64,000 bases of DNA from an uncultured Gemmatimonadales bacterium (GTDB lineage Bacteria; Gemmatimonadota; Gemmatimonadetes; Longimicrobiales; RSA9), in NCBI GenBank assembly GCA_963816355.1, contig CAWFKH010000001.1, forward strand, positions 96,001 to 160,000, read 5' to 3'. A model generated the notes under the pieces. It did not search any database, had not been told where the DNA came from, and saw only the letters and a program-made list of their open reading frames with translations. How positions within the stretch are numbered: position 1 is the stretch's first letter; every line of letters starts with the position of its first letter. Positions 45,282-55,438 of this stretch are shown piece after piece. Made by a program: the position numbers and the translations under genes.

Positions 45282-46590
45282 GCGGCGCGGCCGGCGGTTC
45301 GCCGCGGGCGCGGCGCAGGCGGACGTCGTGCGAGCCGGTGATGAGGCGGATTCCGCGCTGGTAGGTGGCGTAGGCCCACGCCCATTGGATCATGACGATG
45401 AGGCGGTTGCGGAAGCCGATGAGGTAGAGGATGTGGACGAAGACCCAGACGAGCCAGGCGAGGTAGCCGGAGAGGCGGAAGCGCCAGATGTCGGCGACGG
45501 CGGCGGCGCGGCCGATCGTGGCGAGGCTCCCCTTGTCGAGGTAGTGGAAGCGCTGGCGCGGGAGGCCGCGCGCGTCGCGGGCGATCTGGCGGCCGACGAA
45601 GTCGCCCATCTGCATCGCGGCGGGGGCGACGCCGGGCACGAGCTCGCCGCGCTCGCGCTCGAGGTGGGCGAGGTCGCCCGCGACGAACACCTCCGGGTGG
45701 CCGGGCAGCGAGCAGTCGGCTTCCACGAGGACGCGTCCGGCGCGATCGGTGGGGGCGCCGAGCTGAGCGCCCAGGGGTGAGGCGGCGACGCCGGCGGCCC
45801 AGAAGGCGTTGCCGGCGTACAGCCGCTCGTCGCCGATGCGGATCCCGTCGGCGTCGATGGCGGTGACGCGCGTGCCGGTGCGCACCTCGACGCCGAGCGC
45901 CTCGAGCTGCCGCTGCGCCTTCGCCGACAGCGCATCGGGGTAGCCGGGCAGGACCCGCGGCGCGGCTTCGATGAGGAGGATGCGCGTGGTGGTCGTGTCG
46001 ATGTAGCGGAACTCGCGCGGCATCACCTCGCGCGCGATCTCCGCCATCGCCCCGGCGAGCTCGACGCCGGTCGGCCCCGCGCCGACGATCGCGAAGGTGA
46101 GCAGGCGCCGTCTCGCCTCGGCGTCGCCCTCGCGCTCGGCGGCTTCGAACGCGAGGAGGAAGCGGCGGCGGATCTCGAGCGCGTCCTCGACCGTCTTGAG
46201 CCCGGGTGCGCGCTCCGCCCACTCGGGGTGGCCGAAGTAGGCGTGCGTAGCGCCGGTCGCGACGACGAGATAGTCGTAGGCGAGCGGCGCATCGGCGAGG
46301 TGGACGGCCCTCGCCTCGACATCGATCCGCTGCGCCTCCCCGAGCCACACTTCCGCGTTCTCCTGCCGGCGCAGGATCGCCCGCAGCGGACTGGCGATGT
46401 CGCCGGGCGAGAGCGACGCCGTCGCCACCTGGTAGAGCAGCGGCTGGAAGAGGTGGAAGTTCTGGCGGTCGACGAGCGTGATGCGCACCGGCGCGCGGCG
46501 CAGCTTGCGGGCGCAGTGCAGGCCCGCGAAGCCGCCGCCGAGGATGACGACGTGGGGCGTCCCTCGGCCCGTGTGCGGTGCGGGGCGCAC
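45163..46590 (-). CDS. ndh: type II NADH dehydrogenase (NAD(P)/FAD oxidoreductase)
   Basis: ILGGGFAGL, FQPLLYQVAT, VGAGPTGVELAG, WAAGV, AGDLA, KGSLATIGR, HILYLIGFRNR. Confidence 0.93.
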   Translation of the reverse strand: MRPAPHTGRGTPHVVILGGGFAGLHCARKLRRAPVRITLVDRQNFHLFQPLLYQVATASLSPGDIASPLRAILRRQENAEVWLGEAQRIDVEARAVHLADAPLAYDYLVVATGATHAYFGHPEWAERAPGLKTVEDALEIRRRFLLAFEAAEREGDAEARRRLLTFAIVGAGPTGVELAGAMAEIAREVMPREFRYIDTTTTRILLIEAAPRVLPGYPDALSAKAQRQLEALGVEVRTGTRVTAIDADGIRIGDERLYAGNAFWAAGVAASPLGAQLGAPTDRAGRVLVEADCSLPGHPEVFVAGDLAHLERERGELVPGVAPAAMQMGDFVGRQIARDARGLPRQRFHYLDKGSLATIGRAAAVADIWRFRLSGYLAWLVWVFVHILYLIGFRNRLIVMIQWAWAYATYQRGIRLITGSHDVRLRRARGEPPAAPLSPPDATPPPPAAPAAESDPGAAAPPGSPPPAPREGPSG

Positions 46591-46603
46591 GCGCCCGCCG
46601 CGC

Positions 46604-49480
46604 TTACCGGTTCCCCGGGCCGCCGCCGTTTTCGGCGACGTCGCCGTCCGCCTTGCCGCTCTCGAGCCCGATCCCCAGGTCGTTCCAGTTCGTGATCGCG
46701 TTCCACACGAAGGCGAAGTCGCCCTGACTCTGGAAGCGGTGGAGCGGATCGAAGCCGAAGAGGACGAGGGTCCCCTTGCCCACGGGAGCGACGACGATCG
46801 CCGGCTCGCCTGCCAGCTCCTGCGGGTTCTTGGCCAGTCCGCTCATGAGCAGCGAGTCCGCGGCGGCGTAGCGCACCACGACGTCCGCCTTGCGCGCGCT
46901 GCCCACGGCGAAGTAGGGCCCGAAGTGGTGGTAGAGCGGGACGCGCGCGTCGTAGCCGTAGGTGATCGGGTTGCGGGACTGCGTGACGACGCCCCGCACG
47001 ACGGAGCCGGGCACGAACAGGCCGCGCATCGTTCGCGTCGAGACGTCGCGCACCATCCCCATGTCGACCGGCAGCGTGCCGGCGGTGCCGAGCGCGATGA
47101 AGGTGCCGCCCTTCTCGACGAAGTCGCGCAGCGCGGCGAGGCCCTCGTAACCCATGCCGCCTGTGATGTCCTGCGCGCTGTCCGGCTTGCCGAGCGCGGG
47201 ATAGGCGGGCGTGGACGTGTAGGCGAGCGGTCCCCATTTCGGGTCGATGCCCTGCAGGATCGCGCGGCCCGACGCGCCTCCCTGCTGCGCCATCACGACC
47301 ACGTCGTAGTCGGCTCGCAGGTCCGGGTGGGCGCGCAGCCGGTCGACGCCGAAATAGGCGTACGGCACGCCGAAGCGGTCGAACGCCACGCGCACCGAGC
47401 CGTCGTCCTGCGTGCTGCGCCACGTGTGGATCAGCGCGATGCGGGGCGGGTCCAGCTCGTGGCGCTTCACGTCGCGCAGCGCGGAGGCCGGGACGCCCAC
47501 GACCTCGAGCCCGATCTCGCCGGCGATCCGCCGTACCCGGTCCGGCACGGTGCTGTCGGCCGCGACGAGCCAGGTCCCCGCGGGGAGCGTGCGCTTGCCG
47601 ACGTCGAAGGAGTCCTCCGCCGCGTAGACCGGCACGCCGCGCAGCGCGTAGTAGGCGCGGATCTCGTGCGCCGACGCGTTCGGCAGGATCGCGAACCAGT
47701 CGGCGTGACGGTCGCGCGTGAAGGGCGCGCCGATACGCACGAGCGCGTCCCCGACCGGACGGACCGCGAGCTGCTGCACCTTCGGGTCGTCGATCGGCCT
47801 GGCGACGACGTCGAACATGAGCGGGAACGTCCACGCGACGTCGTCGTAGGGGGTGGGCGCGTCGGCGGGGAAGTCCTGCCGCTCCATCAGCGTCTTCGCG
47901 TAGTTGCGCAGCGGCTGGTCCATGAGGACGAGGTAGTCGCCGGCGGCGATGTCGACGACACCGAAGTGGCCGGCGGCGCTCGCCTGGCTCACCTCGATGC
48001 CGCGCCGCCGCAGGTTGTCGAGCATCGCGGCGGCGTCCGCGCGGCGCGGCTGGTCTCGCGGCACAAGCCACGCATACGGCTTCTCCGTGCGCCCCTTGTC
48101 GAGCGAGTTCTTCGTCTTCGTCCAGTACTCGTGCAGGATGCGCGTGCGGTTGCGGGCGACCAGCTCGAGCGCGGCCAGGACGCCGGTCTCCATGTAGTTC
48201 GTGTTGTCGCGCAAGGACCAGAGCGTCTCCTTGCGGGGCGGCAGCGGACGGTACCACTCGACGCGCGTCGCGTTGCCGCCCAGCGTGCGCTTCTGCGTGT
48301 GCGGCACGCCGTTGCCGAACGTCTCGTAGAAGCGGCCGGTGGCGTTGAGGTCGTTGTTGGTGACCCACATGAGGTAGCCGGGATACCAGCCGTCGTAGAA
48401 GCCGTGCGTCCACACGCCCGGCATGCCGAAGCTGGTCAGCGCCGTGACCTCGAAATTCGAGAGCCACTGCCACTCGCCGATCGTGATCGGATCGATCGCG
48501 TTGTTGTATGGCCCGGTCCCGGTCGACGTGTAGAGGTACGGCACGGATTCGTGGAGGTCGTGCCCGATCGGGTAGTGCCACTCGAGCGCCAGGTCGATCA
48601 GGATCTGCGTCAGCCGCAGCGACATCTGCAGCCCGTCGCGATTGTTGTCGTGCAGGATGTAGTGGCCCCAGTAGGGCGGCCCGGGGATCTCGTCGTCGGG
48701 CGCGTAGTTCGTGCGGTTGTAGCGCCGGTACCACTGCACGACGCGGTTGCGGCCGTCCACCTCGGTCACCGGGATGATGAAGACGACGACGCTGTCGCGG
48801 ATGTCGCGGATCGCCGGATCGTCCGACGTCGCGAGACGGTACGCGAGCTCCATCGCCATCTCCGGCGGCCCCGTCTCGGCGGAGTGAAGGCCCGCGTAGA
48901 AGGTGTAGATCACCGGCAGGTCGGCGATCAGCCGCTGCGCCTCCGAATCCGCCGTGACCCGGGGGTCGGCGAGCTTCGCCATCCCCGCCTTCACCGCCTC
49001 CAGCCGCTGCAGGTTGCGCTCGCTCCCGACCTGAACCAGCGCCATGCGGTTCCCCTCCTCCGTCTCGCCCAGCAGGTCGAAGCGGACGCGGTGGGTGCTC
49101 GCGGCGAGGGCGCGGTAGTAGCCGTAGATCTCGTCCACGTCGTGCAGGATTCCGGGCTTGCCGATCGGATAGCCGAAGTGCGCGCTCGGGGAGGTGACGC
49201 CCGCAGCCACCGTCAGGTGGTTCACGAGCGGGCTGGTGTACTCCGGCATCGTCGTCCACGACAGGATCAGGCGGGTCGCCGCGGTGTCGACCGCCTGCCC
49301 CCACGGCGTCGTCGCCCGGATCCCCTTCGCCTTCCACCAGTCGAAGCTCTGCGGCACCGGCGGGCCCGCCGTGTCCGGCGACGTGCCGGCGGCCGCGGCA
49401 GGGCGCTGTGCCGCCAGCGGCGCGACGACGGCGACGCAGAGCAGCGACACGAGCGCGGACTGCATCGCGCGACGGAGCAT
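46604..49480 (-). CDS. secreted M14-family zinc carboxypeptidase
   Basis: GGAGG RBS; signal peptide; GLHSAETG (HxxE), DNNRD, DLHES; C-terminal GATase-like region. Confidence 0.9.
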   Translation of the reverse strand: MLRRAMQSALVSLLCVAVVAPLAAQRPAAAAGTSPDTAGPPVPQSFDWWKAKGIRATTPWGQAVDTAATRLILSWTTMPEYTSPLVNHLTVAAGVTSPSAHFGYPIGKPGILHDVDEIYGYYRALAASTHRVRFDLLGETEEGNRMALVQVGSERNLQRLEAVKAGMAKLADPRVTADSEAQRLIADLPVIYTFYAGLHSAETGPPEMAMELAYRLATSDDPAIRDIRDSVVVFIIPVTEVDGRNRVVQWYRRYNRTNYAPDDEIPGPPYWGHYILHDNNRDGLQMSLRLTQILIDLALEWHYPIGHDLHESVPYLYTSTGTGPYNNAIDPITIGEWQWLSNFEVTALTSFGMPGVWTHGFYDGWYPGYLMWVTNNDLNATGRFYETFGNGVPHTQKRTLGGNATRVEWYRPLPPRKETLWSLRDNTNYMETGVLAALELVARNRTRILHEYWTKTKNSLDKGRTEKPYAWLVPRDQPRRADAAAMLDNLRRRGIEVSQASAAGHFGVVDIAAGDYLVLMDQPLRNYAKTLMERQDFPADAPTPYDDVAWTFPLMFDVVARPIDDPKVQQLAVRPVGDALVRIGAPFTRDRHADWFAILPNASAHEIRAYYALRGVPVYAAEDSFDVGKRTLPAGTWLVAADSTVPDRVRRIAGEIGLEVVGVPASALRDVKRHELDPPRIALIHTWRSTQDDGSVRVAFDRFGVPYAYFGVDRLRAHPDLRADYDVVVMAQQGGASGRAILQGIDPKWGPLAYTSTPAYPALGKPDSAQDITGGMGYEGLAALRDFVEKGGTFIALGTAGTLPVDMGMVRDVSTRTMRGLFVPGSVVRGVVTQSRNPITYGYDARVPLYHHFGPYFAVGSARKADVVVRYAAADSLLMSGLAKNPQELAGEPAIVVAPVGKGTLVLFGFDPLHRFQSQGDFAFVWNAITNWNDLGIGLESGKADGDVAENGGGPGNR

Positions 49481-49542
49481 GCGGACCTCCGGATGGTGCG
49501 AAGGGGAGCGCCGGCGCGGGCCGCGCCGGCGCTTGCCGGGCC

Positions 49543-50634
49543 TCAGCTCCCGGTCAGCGGGACGCGCAGGATCTGGCCGGGCCGGATGCGGGAGGAGCTC
49601 AAATTGTTGACGCGCTTGATGGCGCCCACCGTGGTGTCGTGCTGGCGCGCGATCGACCACAGGCTGTCGCCGTCGTCCACACGGTAGCGCAGGACCCGCG
49701 CGGCCTCGGCGCGGCTCGCCTCCGTGGCGACGGCAGTCGCTACGGACGCCGGCGGCGCCGGCACCTTGAGCGTCTGGCCGGCCACGATGCGCGATGAATC
49801 GAGCGCGTTCGCGTCCAGCAGCGCCGCGACCGTCGTGCCGAAGCGGCGCGCGATGTCCCACAGCGTCTCGCCGCGGATCACGACGTGCGGAACGAGGTCG
49901 GCTTCGAGCGCCTGCCCGTCCTCGTAGGCCGCGGTCTCCGCCTCGTCGGCGGAGGCGACGCCGTCGCCGGCGGTGGACGGCGCGTCCGCAGACACGAGCG
50001 TGCGCGCGTCGCCGGCCGGGGCGGCGGCGTCCGCGACCGCGACCGCCGTCCCGCGCGAGCCGGCGTCCTCGCCGAGCGCGACGAGGTAGCGACGATACGG
50101 CTGGGGAAAGAGCGCGACGTGGAAGTGCGCCGGATGGTGCTCCTGCGTCGCCTCGAGCACCCCTGCTGCCTCGAGCGAGAGGAGCGTCTCGCGCATCCAG
50201 CGGACACAGGCGCCGCTGGTGCTGCGTCGCAGGTCCATCGCCATCCCGGTCGGGTGGACGGTGCGGCTGGAGGAGTTCCACAGGTGCATCGACTCCGGCC
50301 GCACGAGGCTGGTGACCACCAGCTGCTCGCCGCACGCGGCCCGGTACTGGCGCGCGATGCGCTCGACGAACGTCTTCACGGCGGGCCGCGCGTACGGATA
50401 CGACACGGCGTGCAGCATGTAGTCGGCGTTGCCCGGAAGGCGCACCAGCAGACCTCGCTTCACGAAGCTGTGGATCTGGCTGCGGCTCGACAGGTAGGTG
50501 AAGTCCTCCGCGCGCGCCTCGCGGTTCTGCACGGTCAGCGAATGGGGGGAGCCCTTCAGGCTCTGGGCTCGCGCCGGAGACGCGGGGGTCGCGACGACGC
50601 CGATGGCCATGGCGGCCACGATGGTACGGAGCAC
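49543..50634 (-). CDS. DUF5715 (M15/LAS-like) plus two LysM domains; putative peptidoglycan hydrolase
   Basis: GAGGAG RBS before GTG; signal peptide; VTSLVRP, HPTGMAMD, HFHV; LysM GETLWDIARRFGTTV and GDSLWSIARQHDTTV. Confidence 0.88.
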   Translation of the reverse strand: MLRTIVAAMAIGVVATPASPARAQSLKGSPHSLTVQNREARAEDFTYLSSRSQIHSFVKRGLLVRLPGNADYMLHAVSYPYARPAVKTFVERIARQYRAACGEQLVVTSLVRPESMHLWNSSSRTVHPTGMAMDLRRSTSGACVRWMRETLLSLEAAGVLEATQEHHPAHFHVALFPQPYRRYLVALGEDAGSRGTAVAVADAAAPAGDARTLVSADAPSTAGDGVASADEAETAAYEDGQALEADLVPHVVIRGETLWDIARRFGTTVAALLDANALDSSRIVAGQTLKVPAPPASVATAVATEASRAEAARVLRYRVDDGDSLWSIARQHDTTVGAIKRVNNLSSSRIRPGQILRVPLTGS

Positions 50635-50722
50635 GCCTCTCCTCGTGGATGAGGTAACGACTCGAATTGTTGTCGGGTGCGCCGCGGCCAGGGGAGGATG
50701 ACCATCTATGGGACGCACTTCG

Positions 50723-50751
50723 AGGATGTGACACGTACGCCGCGATGTCAA
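50723..50751 (-). promoter_or_regulatory. sigma70-like promoter for the LysM gene, overlapped by a TGACA-N12-TGTCA palindrome
   Basis: Minus strand TTGACA-N17-CATCCT; inverted repeat at 50729-50733 and 50746-50750. Confidence 0.45.
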
Positions 50752-50776
50752 GGCGGAAATCGACCGCGCGCGCGCC

Positions 50777-51430
50777 TCAGGGTCGGTGGACGGTGACGCC
50801 CGCCTGGAGACGGAACCCGTCCGTCGTGTTCGATGCGCCAATGTCGTCCCCGAACCGGGTCCACAGATAGCCCGCGCGCACGATCACGCCGAAGCGCGCG
50901 CCCGGCAGCAGCGTCACACCGCCGCCGGCGTGCAGCGCGAGGCCGGTGCGCGTGGTGGTGCCACCGGTCGGGAAGGCGCCCGATCCGGTCGGCGTCGTGT
51001 GGTCGATGCTCATGGCGATGCCGACGCCGCCGCCCAGGAACGGCTCGACCGGTGCGGCGTGGCTCAGGAGGAAGTAGTCGCCGGAAACGGTGAGCGGCAC
51101 GACGTAGCTGGTCACCTTGCTGACGCTGCCGTCGAACAGGCCGGCCGCCGTCGTCGCCTCGAGGCTGCGTCGCCACAGACCGACGGACGTCTCGACGCCC
51201 AGGTGGCCGCGGCCGCCGCGCATCACGCCGAGCGAGATCAGCGGCCACTGCGACGAGCGGCTGTCCGCCGGATCGGCGCCGGCCGCCTGCCACGTTCCCG
51301 CGGTGAGCTCGAAGAAGGACGGCGCGTGGCGTGTTGCGGCGCGTCGCCGCTGCTGCTGCGCGGAGCCGCTGTTCGCCGTGGCCGCAAGTCCAACGAGCAG
51401 GAGGATGGCCACCGTCATCGTCCGCGTCAT
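50777..51430 (-). CDS. small outer-membrane beta-barrel protein
   Basis: Signal peptide ending SAQ; EPFLGGGVG; alternating strands; C-terminal strand GFRLQAGVTV. Confidence 0.75.
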   Translation of the reverse strand: MTRTMTVAILLLVGLAATANSGSAQQQRRRAATRHAPSFFELTAGTWQAAGADPADSRSSQWPLISLGVMRGGRGHLGVETSVGLWRRSLEATTAAGLFDGSVSKVTSYVVPLTVSGDYFLLSHAAPVEPFLGGGVGIAMSIDHTTPTGSGAFPTGGTTTRTGLALHAGGGVTLLPGARFGVIVRAGYLWTRFGDDIGASNTTDGFRLQAGVTVHRP

Positions 51431-51566
51431 GCGCCACTCCGTGCGGGTCGGCCGAGCCGGGCCGGCCCCACGGCCGATCCGTCGAGCACCGTTACGCATC
51501 GAATCTCGCGCGGCGCGGGCGCGCGGGCAACGCACGTGGGCCGGCCCGTGCCCACCGGGACGCCGG

Positions 51567-51713
51567 TCAGCCCAGGTAGCCGGCCGCCCGTCCGATCTGA
51601 TAGATCAGCCCCGCGATGATCCCGAGGTACAGCGCCACGGATCCGAGGATCTCGACGGCCGCGAGCGTCAGCGCTTCCTGCCGCTCCCGCCGCTGTGCGA
51701 TCGAGGCAAACAT
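51567..51713 (-). CDS. small (48 aa) single-TM protein
   Basis: AAAGGAG RBS; MFASIAQRRERQEALTLAAVEILGSVALYLGIIAGLIYQIGRAAGYLG. Confidence 0.65.
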   Translation of the reverse strand: MFASIAQRRERQEALTLAAVEILGSVALYLGIIAGLIYQIGRAAGYLG

Positions 51714-52033
51714 GGTGGTCCGCTCCTTTCCCGGCGCGCGTTCCGCGCGTCCCATCGTGTTCGGTGGGGCGGCAGGCATCGTCCCGCCGTCCCTCGCCGG
51801 TCGTCTCATCGGGGCCCCGATCCGCGACCTCGCCCTCTTTACGGCCGCCGCGTGGCGCCGGTTTCACGTTCCGTCCCGCGCAGCGTCCGATGATAGGACG
51901 CCCCCATGCGCCGGAATGTTGCCGCGGACGCAGGTACGCGGAGGCCACGGCGGAGGAGGAGGCCGCGGTGGCGACGATGGCCGCGAACGCCGCGTTTCCG
52001 ATGGCGCGCGGCGCGGCCGACTCGCCGGAAGCG

Positions 52034-52227
52034 GTTTCACGCGGAGGTCGCGGAGGTCGCGGAGGTCGTTCGCCGCGGTGCAGACTTCGCGAACGGATTG
52101 GTTGGGGCTTCGTCGCGCACCGCGCGTTCGCGGCCGGGAAACCAAACCAGAAGAAGATGCGCGCCGTACAGTGAAGCGGCGTGGCGCCGGTCCGCCCTCC
52201 GCGTCCCCCGCGCCCTCCGCGTGAAAC
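52034..52227. repeat. 194-bp element bounded by 32-bp imperfect inverted repeats with internal 9-bp periodicity (MITE/REP-like)
   Basis: Left GTTTCACGCGGAGGTCGCGGAGGTCGCGGAGG (52034-52065); the reverse complement of 52196-52227 matches at 29/32. Confidence 0.85.
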
Positions 52228-52362
52228 ATTGGAGCCGGCCTCGCCGCGCGCGTTCGGAAGCGCCGCCGGGGCCGCGTCGCCATGCACGGAACTTGCGCCG
52301 CAGCGGCGGCAGGTCGCGCCGGCGGCCATGGTATCCGCCAGACGATTCCGAGGAGAACGGCA

Positions 52363-54729
52363 ATGGCCGCAAACGAAGAGGGCCGCGTACGGCTCCAGGT
52401 CGCGAGCGCGAAGGCACAGGATGTCGGCAAGGGCTTGGCGCGGCTCAGCCAGAAGGCGTTGCGACAGCTGGGGCTACGCGAAGGCGACACGGTGGAGGTG
52501 CAGGGGAAGCGCACCACGGCGGCGATCGCGCTGCAGCCGTACACCGAGGACGAGGGACTCGACCTGATCCGCCTCGACGGGCTCCTGCGCATCAACGCGG
52601 ATGCCGGCATTGGCGACTACGTGGAGGTCGCTCGCGCGGAGGTCAAGGCGGCGCGTCGCGTCGTCCTGGCGCCCGCCCAGAAGAACGTGCGACTCATGGG
52701 TTCGGGCGACATGCTGCGCCGGACGCTCTTCCAGCGGCCGCTGGTGGCGGGCGACATCGTCTCGACGTCGACCATGCGGCGGACCAGCCGCGGCGCGGAC
52801 GGCATCGTGCCGGAGGACATCTTCCGCACCTTCTTCGAGCAGCCCGCCTACGCGCTGCAGGAGATCCGCCTGCGCGTCATCTCGACGGCGCCGCGCGGCA
52901 TCGTGACGGTCGCCGAGGAGACGGAGATCGAGCTGCTGCCGGAGTACGCCGAAGCGGAGGAGGCGGGGCGCGAGGACATCACGTACGACGACGTGGGCGG
53001 CCTGGGCGCGACGATCGATCAGGTTCGCGAGATGATCGAGCTGCCGCTCAAGCACCCGGAGCTCTTCCAGCGCCTCGGCATCGACCCGCCGAAAGGCGTC
53101 CTGCTGCACGGCGCGCCCGGCACCGGCAAGACGCTGCTCGCGCGCGCCGTCGCCAACGAGGCGGAGGCGTCGTTCTTCCACATCGCGGGTCCCGAGATCA
53201 TGGGCCGCTACTACGGCGAGTCCGAGCAGCGGCTGCGCGAGATCTTCCAGCAGGCGGAGCAGCAGGCGCCGTCGATCGTGTTCATCGACGAGATCGACTC
53301 GATCGCGCCGAAGCGGCAGGAGGCGACCGGCGAGGTGGAACGGCGCGTCGTCGCGCAGCTCCTGACGCTGCTCGACGGTCTCGAAGCGCGCAAGAACGTC
53401 GTGGTGATCGGCGCGACGAACCGGCTCAACTCGATCGACGAAGCGCTGCGCCGCCCCGGCCGCTTCGACCGCGAGATCGTGATCGGCGTGCCGGACGCGG
53501 CCGGGCGGCGGGAAGTGCTCGGCATCCACATGCGGGGCATGCCGCTCGCCGAGGGTGTGGAGCTGGAGGAGCTGGCACGCACCACGTACGGCTTCGTCGG
53601 CGCCGACCTCGCCGCGCTGGCGCGCGAGGCCGCGATCGAGGCGCTGCGGCGTTACCTGCCGCAGATCGACCTGAGCCGCAACGAGATCCCGCGCGACGTG
53701 CTGGAGCAGCTCCGCGTCACCCGCGACGACTTCATGAAGGCGCTCAAACGCGTGCAGCCTTCCGCCGTGCGCGAGATCATGATCCAGGTTCCGGACGTGA
53801 AGTGGGACGACGTCGGCGGCCTGCAGGAGGCGAAGGACCTGCTGCGAGAGGGCGTCGAGCTGCCGCTGCGCCACCCGGAGGCGTTCCGTCGCATCGGGAT
53901 CCGGCCGGCAAAGGGGTTCCTCCTCTTCGGCCCGCCCGGCACCGGCAAGACGCTCCTCGCCAAGGCCGTCGCCCGCGAGGCGGAAGCGAACTTCATCGCG
54001 ATGAAGGCGTCCGACCTGCTCTCCAAATGGTACGGCGAGTCGGAGCAGCAGGTCTCGCGCCTCTTCGGCCGCGCCCGCCAGGTCGCGCCGACCGTCATCT
54101 TCCTCGACGAGATCGACTCGCTCGCGCCGCAGCGGGGAGGCGGCCTCGGCGAGCCGGCCGTGACCGAGCGCGTCGTCAACACGCTGCTCTCCGAGATGGA
54201 CGGACTCGAGGAACTGCAGGGCGTGGTCGTGATCGGCGCGACGAACCGGCCCACGCTGCTCGACCCCGCGCTGCTCCGGCCCGGCCGCTTCGACGAGCTC
54301 CTCTACGTGGGCGTGCCCGAGCGCGAGGGTCGGCTGCACATCCTGCGCATCCACACGGCCGCGATGCCGCTCGCCGCCGACGTGGACCTGGCTCCGATCG
54401 CGGACCGCACGCACGGCTACACCGGCGCCGACCTGGAGGACCTCGTCCGCCGCGCCGGGCTGCAGGCGCTGCGCGCGGACCTCGACGTGGCCGAGATCCC
54501 GATGCGCTACTTCGAGGCCGCGCTCGAGGAGACCGGCGCCTCCGTCACGCCGGAGATGGAGCGCGAGTACCGCGAGCTCGCCGAGACGCTCAAGCACGAA
54601 AGCCCCCGAGGGCCGCGCCGCATCGGATTCGCCGTGGACGATCGGGGCGACGGCGCGGCCGCCGGTGGGGACGGCGCGCGCCGCGAGGCCGCCGCGGCAC
54701 GGGGACGCGCCGCGGACGACCCGCGATAG
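52363..54729 (+). CDS. CDC48/p97(VCP)-family double-ring AAA+ ATPase
   Basis: AGGAG RBS; N-domain (DVGKGLARL, IRLDGLLRINA); D1 GAPGTGKT/IDEID/RRPGRFDRE; D2 GPPGTGKT/LDEID/LRPGRFD. Confidence 0.96.
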   Translation: MAANEEGRVRLQVASAKAQDVGKGLARLSQKALRQLGLREGDTVEVQGKRTTAAIALQPYTEDEGLDLIRLDGLLRINADAGIGDYVEVARAEVKAARRVVLAPAQKNVRLMGSGDMLRRTLFQRPLVAGDIVSTSTMRRTSRGADGIVPEDIFRTFFEQPAYALQEIRLRVISTAPRGIVTVAEETEIELLPEYAEAEEAGREDITYDDVGGLGATIDQVREMIELPLKHPELFQRLGIDPPKGVLLHGAPGTGKTLLARAVANEAEASFFHIAGPEIMGRYYGESEQRLREIFQQAEQQAPSIVFIDEIDSIAPKRQEATGEVERRVVAQLLTLLDGLEARKNVVVIGATNRLNSIDEALRRPGRFDREIVIGVPDAAGRREVLGIHMRGMPLAEGVELEELARTTYGFVGADLAALAREAAIEALRRYLPQIDLSRNEIPRDVLEQLRVTRDDFMKALKRVQPSAVREIMIQVPDVKWDDVGGLQEAKDLLREGVELPLRHPEAFRRIGIRPAKGFLLFGPPGTGKTLLAKAVAREAEANFIAMKASDLLSKWYGESEQQVSRLFGRARQVAPTVIFLDEIDSLAPQRGGGLGEPAVTERVVNTLLSEMDGLEELQGVVVIGATNRPTLLDPALLRPGRFDELLYVGVPEREGRLHILRIHTAAMPLAADVDLAPIADRTHGYTGADLEDLVRRAGLQALRADLDVAEIPMRYFEAALEETGASVTPEMEREYRELAETLKHESPRGPRRIGFAVDDRGDGAAAGGDGARREAAAARGRAADDPR

Positions 54730-54855
54730 GGCGCCCGTCCCGCCATTGATCCGCTCCACCCCGACGTGCATGTTGACCGCGCCGCGGGCGACGATCCGCG
54801 CGGGCCGCTCGCCGCTCGCGCCGCGGTCGCCCCCCTTCCCGTGACCGAAGGAACG

Positions 54856-55438
54856 ATGCCGGGCGACGCACCGCTGAAGCCGGGATTCGCGGACGACGCG
54901 CTGCCCCACGTCGGGGCGGTCTTCCGCTTCGCCGCACGCCTCGCCGGTGGCCGGACGGACCGCGCGACCGCCGCCGTGCATGAGACGTTCGCGCGCGCCC
55001 ACCGCGACTGGAGGGGATGGGCCGCGTGGGCCGGCCTGCCGGCTCTGGCTGCTCGCGATCTGCCGCGCCGTGTGCGCTCCGGACGGCGCGGACGGAGATG
55101 GGGGATCCGGCGTCCCGCTCGAGCCGCTTCCCGTACGGCATCTTCTCGAGCGCTGCTCCCTGCCGCATCCGGAATCCGCGTTCTTCGACGCGTTCGTCGA
55201 CGCCGAGGTGATCGGCGCGATCGACGCGCTGCCCCACGAGCTGAGGGAGGTGATCGCGCTGGCGGACCTGGACGGACTCTCCTACGCGGCGCTCGCGGAT
55301 GTGATCGGCGTGCCGGTCGAGACCGCCAAGCGCCGGCTCTTCCGCGGCCGGCGCCTGCTGCAGGAGCGGCTCTACCGCTACGCGGCCGATTCCGGCTTCC
55401 TCGCGGGCGGCGCGGCGCCGCGGAGCGCGTTCACGTGA
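54856..55438 (+). pseudogene. ECF sigma factor (SigH/SigR-like), divergent, with a +1 frameshift at ~55013-55021
   Basis: Region 2 FADDALPHVGAVFRFAARL..HETFARA in one frame; CRLWLLAICR and region 4 IDALPHELREVIALADLDGLSY..RLFRGR in the next. Removing one G gives DWRGWPRGPACRLW and a ~193-aa protein. Confidence 0.8.

Noticed and set aside
46604..50734. 1376-aa ORF as a single giant protein
   Set aside because: The first ~418 codons overlap the LysM gene in another frame; the M14 peptidase has its own RBS, ATG (49480) and signal peptide.
51840..52030. Possible small ORF in the gap before the inverted-repeat element
   Set aside because: No convincing RBS/start or recognisable product in either direction.
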